DNA of 36,355 bases from a virus. Its lineage: Duplodnaviria > Caudoviricetes. Below the pieces are notes generated by a model, which was given only the letters and a program-made list of their open reading frames with translations, was not told where the DNA came from and made no database searches. Below, one piece after another: positions 33,227 to 36,355 of this stretch (positions are counted from its first letter, which is position 1; each line of letters begins with the position of its first letter). Position numbers and translations under genes: made by a program. The stretch covers positions 1 to 36,355 of the IMG/VR virus record IMGVR_UViG_3300032373_000061; one strand, written 5' to 3'.

Positions 33227-33507
33227 CGGCTGGCCCTCCGCAGTGCTGCGTTTTCCGCTGCGGCAGTTTCGGCCATCATCTCAAGGCAGAATTTCGCCGG
33301 GTTGGCCCGTGCAGCCCTCAGAACGCTGTGCTTTGCCCGGTTGAATGTGAGGTGATACCGCTTTGCCGCATGGCACACCGCTGCCTTTGAAACGCCCAGC
33401 GCCCTTGATGTTTCTGCTCTGGAAAGCCCCATTTCGCAACACTTGGCATATTTGTCATAAGCCGCATATTTGCGCTGCATCTGCTCTGCTGTGATGTGGT
33501 GGATCAT
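33223..33507 (-). CDS. HTH protein
   Basis: 'GLSRAETSRALGVSKAAVCHAAKRY'. Confidence 0.7.
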   Translation of the reverse strand: MIHHITAEQMQRKYAAYDKYAKCCEMGLSRAETSRALGVSKAAVCHAAKRYHLTFNRAKHSVLRAARANPAKFCLEMMAETAAAENAALRRASR

Positions 33508-33701
33508 TTTGAGCCCTTCGACAAAGCCACCAATCCAGCGGCAATCATCGAAAAAGAATGCTCAGAAGATGATAGCTCAGAGTGCGCACCTTCCTGCACC
33601 TCAATGCGGAATTTATGCGCCTCCGCCCCTAGTACATTCATCGCATTATGGTCGTTCAATATCAGCATCGCGGCTTTTGATATTTTGCTTAACTCGGTCA
33701 T
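33504..33701 (-). CDS. Hypothetical protein
   Basis: Start reassigned to ATG 33701 after GGAG. Confidence 0.6.
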   Translation of the reverse strand: MTELSKISKAAMLILNDHNAMNVLGAEAHKFRIEVQEGAHSELSSSEHSFSMIAAGLVALSKGSK

Positions 33702-33871
33702 ATCTGCTCCCCCCAATAGGCCAGCGTTTGCTTCGCGTGTTCGGCCAGTGCCGGATAATCCCGAACCCAGCGCCGGGCTGTTGGCAGGACTGTGTTTTCA
33801 AGCAAATCCATTTCGTCCATAGACAAGCTGGCGCGGTTGCCGTGTGCTGGCGGCGGTCCCTTAAAACTCAT
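33698..33871 (-). CDS. 57-aa hypothetical protein
   Basis: Manually translated MSFKGPPPAHGNRASLSMDEMDLLENTVLPTARRWVRDYPALAEHAKQTLAYWGEQI*; ATGA overlaps on both sides. Confidence 0.65.
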   Translation of the reverse strand: MSFKGPPPAHGNRASLSMDEMDLLENTVLPTARRWVRDYPALAEHAKQTLAYWGEQI

Positions 33872-34290
33872 TGGTCAACTCCAAATTTCTTAGGTGTGTA
33901 GCCAGCTTCTTCGCAGATCCGTTGCGCTGTCTCTGGGTCGCAGCGCTCTTTGACGGGTTCCGGATTTGGCTTAGAATGAACAACCTGCGGTCGGGGCATT
34001 GCCTCACGGGCCAAGGCGTAGATTGCGCCGGGTGTTGGCTTTCGTCGCGGCTCGTCACGCTGGTACTGAATGCAAGCCTTCTGTATTGCGCCCCTTGGAA
34101 TACCCTCCAAAACATCAGCCCAATCGGAACCAATCGCGGCGTCCATCTCGGCGGGGTCGTCATCTCGCCAATAGTGGTTGAGCAATGTAATTGCCCGTCC
34201 GCCAATCCATTCACGATGATCCAGCCGCGCCTCTTGCTCCTGCAATGAAGGCGTCCATTCTGTTTTTTGATTTGTTGGCAGGTTGTCCAT
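33868..34290 (-). CDS. Putative helicase loader (lambda P-position protein)
   Basis: 'DW.D.L…P..AIQ.AC..Y…R.PTPG.I'; follows the initiator; SD GGAGG before Met 34290. Confidence 0.6.
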   Translation of the reverse strand: MDNLPTNQKTEWTPSLQEQEARLDHREWIGGRAITLLNHYWRDDDPAEMDAAIGSDWADVLEGIPRGAIQKACIQYQRDEPRRKPTPGAIYALAREAMPRPQVVHSKPNPEPVKERCDPETAQRICEEAGYTPKKFGVDQ

Positions 34291-34954
34291 TCTGTCCTCC
34301 ATTGATTGCTGAGAATTTTGGGGTTTTGCTATTTCGCATCCAGTTACGCCAAGTGGCTAACCAGTCGAGCTTGGCTGCGTCACGGCCTGCTTTGGAAACC
34401 CAGAAGTCTCTGAATTTCTCAGCCTCAAACCTAACGGATTGATCCGTCCAACCCTGCTCAATCGCCCACTCTCCGTATTGCTTGGGAAGGGTCCAGTTTT
34501 CGGGAAGCCTGTGCGCTTTTTTTGGAGAAGCTTTAGCTTCTCTTTTTATTAACTCTGGTTCTGGTTCTGGTTGGTAGGGCTTTGCTACAGCTTTGCTAGA
34601 CCCAGTTTTGTTTGCATTCAATGCCTTAGCCGAACCCCCCTTTGAGCCAGCGGCAACACGCTTCTTATGTGCTAGGTCCGTTTTCTGGTATTCCTTAGCA
34701 AGCCTAGGACTGACCAATCGGCCCTTTTGGGTAATGAAAAATTCATCCATCACCACCTTCACGACGTCATTAAATGTGGCCTCATCAATGCGCATCCGAC
34801 GCATAATCCAAGCTTCATCCGCTGGCAGTGAGCAACCGGGGGTCATCCACATGAGGCGCAGAAGTCTGTTGTATGCACCGTCCTCGGCCAACGTCAGGTG
34901 TGACGTGTCCGCCTCAAAGTCCGTTGGGTACATGGGGAAATATGGCAAGCTCAT
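34211..34954 (-). CDS. Replication initiator, DUF1376/YdaU family
   Basis: 'PYFPMYP.DF.ADT.HL…E.GAY.RLL..MW…G.LP.D'; C-terminal 'F.DFW…K.DW.ATWRNW'. Confidence 0.88.
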   Translation of the reverse strand: MSLPYFPMYPTDFEADTSHLTLAEDGAYNRLLRLMWMTPGCSLPADEAWIMRRMRIDEATFNDVVKVVMDEFFITQKGRLVSPRLAKEYQKTDLAHKKRVAAGSKGGSAKALNANKTGSSKAVAKPYQPEPEPELIKREAKASPKKAHRLPENWTLPKQYGEWAIEQGWTDQSVRFEAEKFRDFWVSKAGRDAAKLDWLATWRNWMRNSKTPKFSAINGGQNGQPANKSKNRMDAFIAGARGAAGSS

Positions 34955-35007
34955 AGTAAAACTATTGCCGCTTCTGGGTGGTGTGTTATATTGCCTTTAA
35001 TGGGCAT
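34951..35007 (-). CDS. 18-aa leader peptide coupled to the replication initiator
   Basis: MPIKGNITHHPEAAIVLL*; SD GAGAAGAGG; its TGA overlaps the initiator ATG, which has no SD. Confidence 0.55.
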   Translation of the reverse strand: MPIKGNITHHPEAAIVLL

Positions 35008-35080
35008 ACGGACCTCTTCTCAGGTTTCTATGTCAAGGGCGGGTGAAGGTTGTTGCAAACCTCCCCGCCCGCTTCATTCT
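34998..35080 (+). ncRNA. Candidate antisense RNA to the initiator leader
   Basis: Promoter TTGCCG-16 bp-TATATT with extended TG (34965-34992); hairpin with CTTCTC loop, then a GC-rich hairpin GGGCGGG…CCCGCCC. Confidence 0.5.
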
Positions 35081-35118
35081 AAGCACATGCGCCGGAAATA
35101 TCAAACGCATTTCAAGCA

Positions 35119-35529
35119 TTACGTCACAATCCCCCGGTGTTCGATGTTCACGATTGCGGGCCGCAGGGTGATCTGGACGCGGCCATGTGGCGGCTCTGCT
35201 TTGGAAATGACGGGCTGTGCTTGGCGGAATACGTTGTCATCTACGCCGATCACGCTGGCGATTGTATCCCGGCCATACTTCATTCGCGCCACAAGGTTGT
35301 CGTCGTCATAGCGGTAGTTGGCAGGCGGGTAGAACGTCATTTCAAGCGTTATGCTGTCGTCTAGCATCCGGCGCACCTTCTGCTCTTTCATCATAGCCCA
35401 GACTGCCTGTTGATAGGCTTTCTTGGCTTTATTCTTCTTTGCCCAGTGTGATCTGTCGTTAGGTGACAGTAATGCAGGCGGGAAAGGCACCGAGAATGAT
35501 TGTATCTTGCCCGTTAGTGGATCAGCCAT
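35119..35529 (-). CDS. rusA: RusA-like Holliday junction resolvase
   Basis: 'P.PP..LSPN.R.HW','F.PP…D.DNL.A.MK…D.IA…GVDD..F'. Confidence 0.78.
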   Translation of the reverse strand: MADPLTGKIQSFSVPFPPALLSPNDRSHWAKKNKAKKAYQQAVWAMMKEQKVRRMLDDSITLEMTFYPPANYRYDDDNLVARMKYGRDTIASVIGVDDNVFRQAQPVISKAEPPHGRVQITLRPAIVNIEHRGIVT

Positions 35530-35704
35530 CTATCGCCCTCCGGTGAAACATGGTGTCAAACACACCGTTGCGGCGCATGATCTTGACCATCTCGCGGATG
35601 CTGTCGGCCTCTACGCCTAAGTGAACGGCAATATCCTCAACGCCAAAACCCTGAGAAAGCATGTGTCGGACTTGCGCCTGCCAGTTTGCTGCCCGTCTAG
35701 CCAT
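35522..35704 (-). CDS. Small HTH protein
   Basis: 'GFGVEDIAVHLGVEADSIR'. Confidence 0.7.
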   Translation of the reverse strand: MARRAANWQAQVRHMLSQGFGVEDIAVHLGVEADSIREMVKIMRRNGVFDTMFHRRAIDG

Positions 35705-35837
35705 TCGCCAATTCCTCCGCCAGCAGGGCCGTTCTAGCCGTTGCCAGACGTTCTAGCATGGCGTGATACCCTGCCTTACCCCGAAGGGCGTCAGCGCGGC
35801 GCTGTAAGCTGTTTACGCGGTCTGATAGCTTTTCCAT
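35697..35837 (-). CDS. Hypothetical protein (46 aa)
   Basis: Start reassigned to ATG 35837 just after the gapR stop. Confidence 0.55.
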   Translation of the reverse strand: MEKLSDRVNSLQRRADALRGKAGYHAMLERLATARTALLAEELANG

Positions 35838-35838
35838 A

Positions 35839-36138
35839 TCACATGCCCATCGCGTCTTTGTACATCTGCAAAACCGCATCATCCTCAGCAACGTCATTCG
35901 GATCGCGGGCGCGTAGGGCAATCAACTGGCGCATAGGCCGGGTCATGTATCCGTTGGATTTGGCCTCAGCAAAAACCTCTTTTTCAAGTTCCGCAATGTC
36001 GGCCTTCTCAGCCCGCAATCGTTCAATGCGTTCAATGAGTGATTTAAGCTGGCCACCCTCTGCACGTATAGGGTTATTGACTTGACTTGTGCCGCCGTTT
36101 GGAACGCCTTTTGGTTGTGTTGTGTCGTCTAGCATCAT
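35839..36138 (-). CDS. gapR: GapR/DUF2312 (UPF0335) DNA-binding protein
   Basis: 'QLKS.IERIERL..EK..I….KEVFAEAK..GY…MRQLIALR..D….E..A.L..Y..A.GM'; SD GGAGG before 36138. Confidence 0.88.
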   Translation of the reverse strand: MMLDDTTQPKGVPNGGTSQVNNPIRAEGGQLKSLIERIERLRAEKADIAELEKEVFAEAKSNGYMTRPMRQLIALRARDPNDVAEDDAVLQMYKDAMGM

Positions 36139-36164
36139 GTACCTCCATGTAGGTTTCGCCTGTG

Positions 36165-36217
36165 AATAAAATATGAGGGCCGACACGCTTCTGAGGTTGC
36201 TCAGTGGGTCGGCCCTC
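36165..36217 (-). terminator. Long hairpin / probable terminator upstream of gapR
   Basis: GAGGGCCGAC/GTCGGCCCTC 10-bp stem plus inner CTGAG/CTCAG; followed by ATATTTTATT on the minus strand. Confidence 0.55.
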
Positions 36218-36355
36218 TAGTTGGCCCTGCTGCAATGACAGCGGGCGGCAGTGCCGGGACAGGGAGGAGAACCCCGACAAAGAAGCGGGCGCAGTGTTAC
36301 CCGCGCCCTCACCATCAGCCACACCCTGCAAAGGGTTGATGACGGGTCTGATGGT

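Noticed and set aside
34553-34572. TCTGGT x3 tandem repeat
   Set aside because: Encodes the EPEPEP linker common in this initiator family.
1-36355. tRNA genes, integrase, CI repressor
   Set aside because: None recognised. The immunity region probably lies just outside the window, since both early operons point away from the window ends, so absence from the whole genome cannot be claimed.

Overview
The window is most of the genome of a P22-like, short-tailed dsDNA phage or prophage with lambdoid organisation. The host is probably an alphaproteobacterium (inferred from GapR/DUF2312, DUF1376 and DUF6456-type genes). All product calls come from motif recognition by eye; no database searches were run. 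The left end (1-4202, +) is the recombination/early-left operon: Gp157-like, Bet/RecT, SSB, HNH, NinB, DUF1364-like. The right part (8311-36138, -) runs GapR, RusA-like, replication initiator and loader, a putative late regulator, terminase, adaptor/tail, ejection proteins, then portal-scaffold-capsid, then lysis (M15 endolysin with membrane anchor, spanins). The portal-scaffold-capsid block sits unusually far from terminase. No integrase, repressor, tRNA, CRISPR array or reverse transcriptase is visible. The most unusual part is a ~4.1 kb accessory island (4198-8300) at the position where int/attP normally lies. It contains: (1) a 155-bp element bounded by 28-bp inverted repeats, each with a TAAC-N7-GTTA core that carries the stop codon of a converging gene; (2) an apparently catalytically dead, helix-E-deleted serine-resolvase homologue predicted to be made from a leaderless mRNA; (3) two divergent arrays of tiny genes, each with its own repeated junction signature, including a 41-bp direct repeat; (4) a structured non-coding unit with a pseudoknot; (5) a Mu Mom-family DNA-modification gene. 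Other notable items are a CopA/tap/RepA-like leader peptide plus antisense RNA arrangement ahead of the replication initiator, and an 818-aa Asn/Gln/Ala-rich ejection protein with 11-residue repeats.
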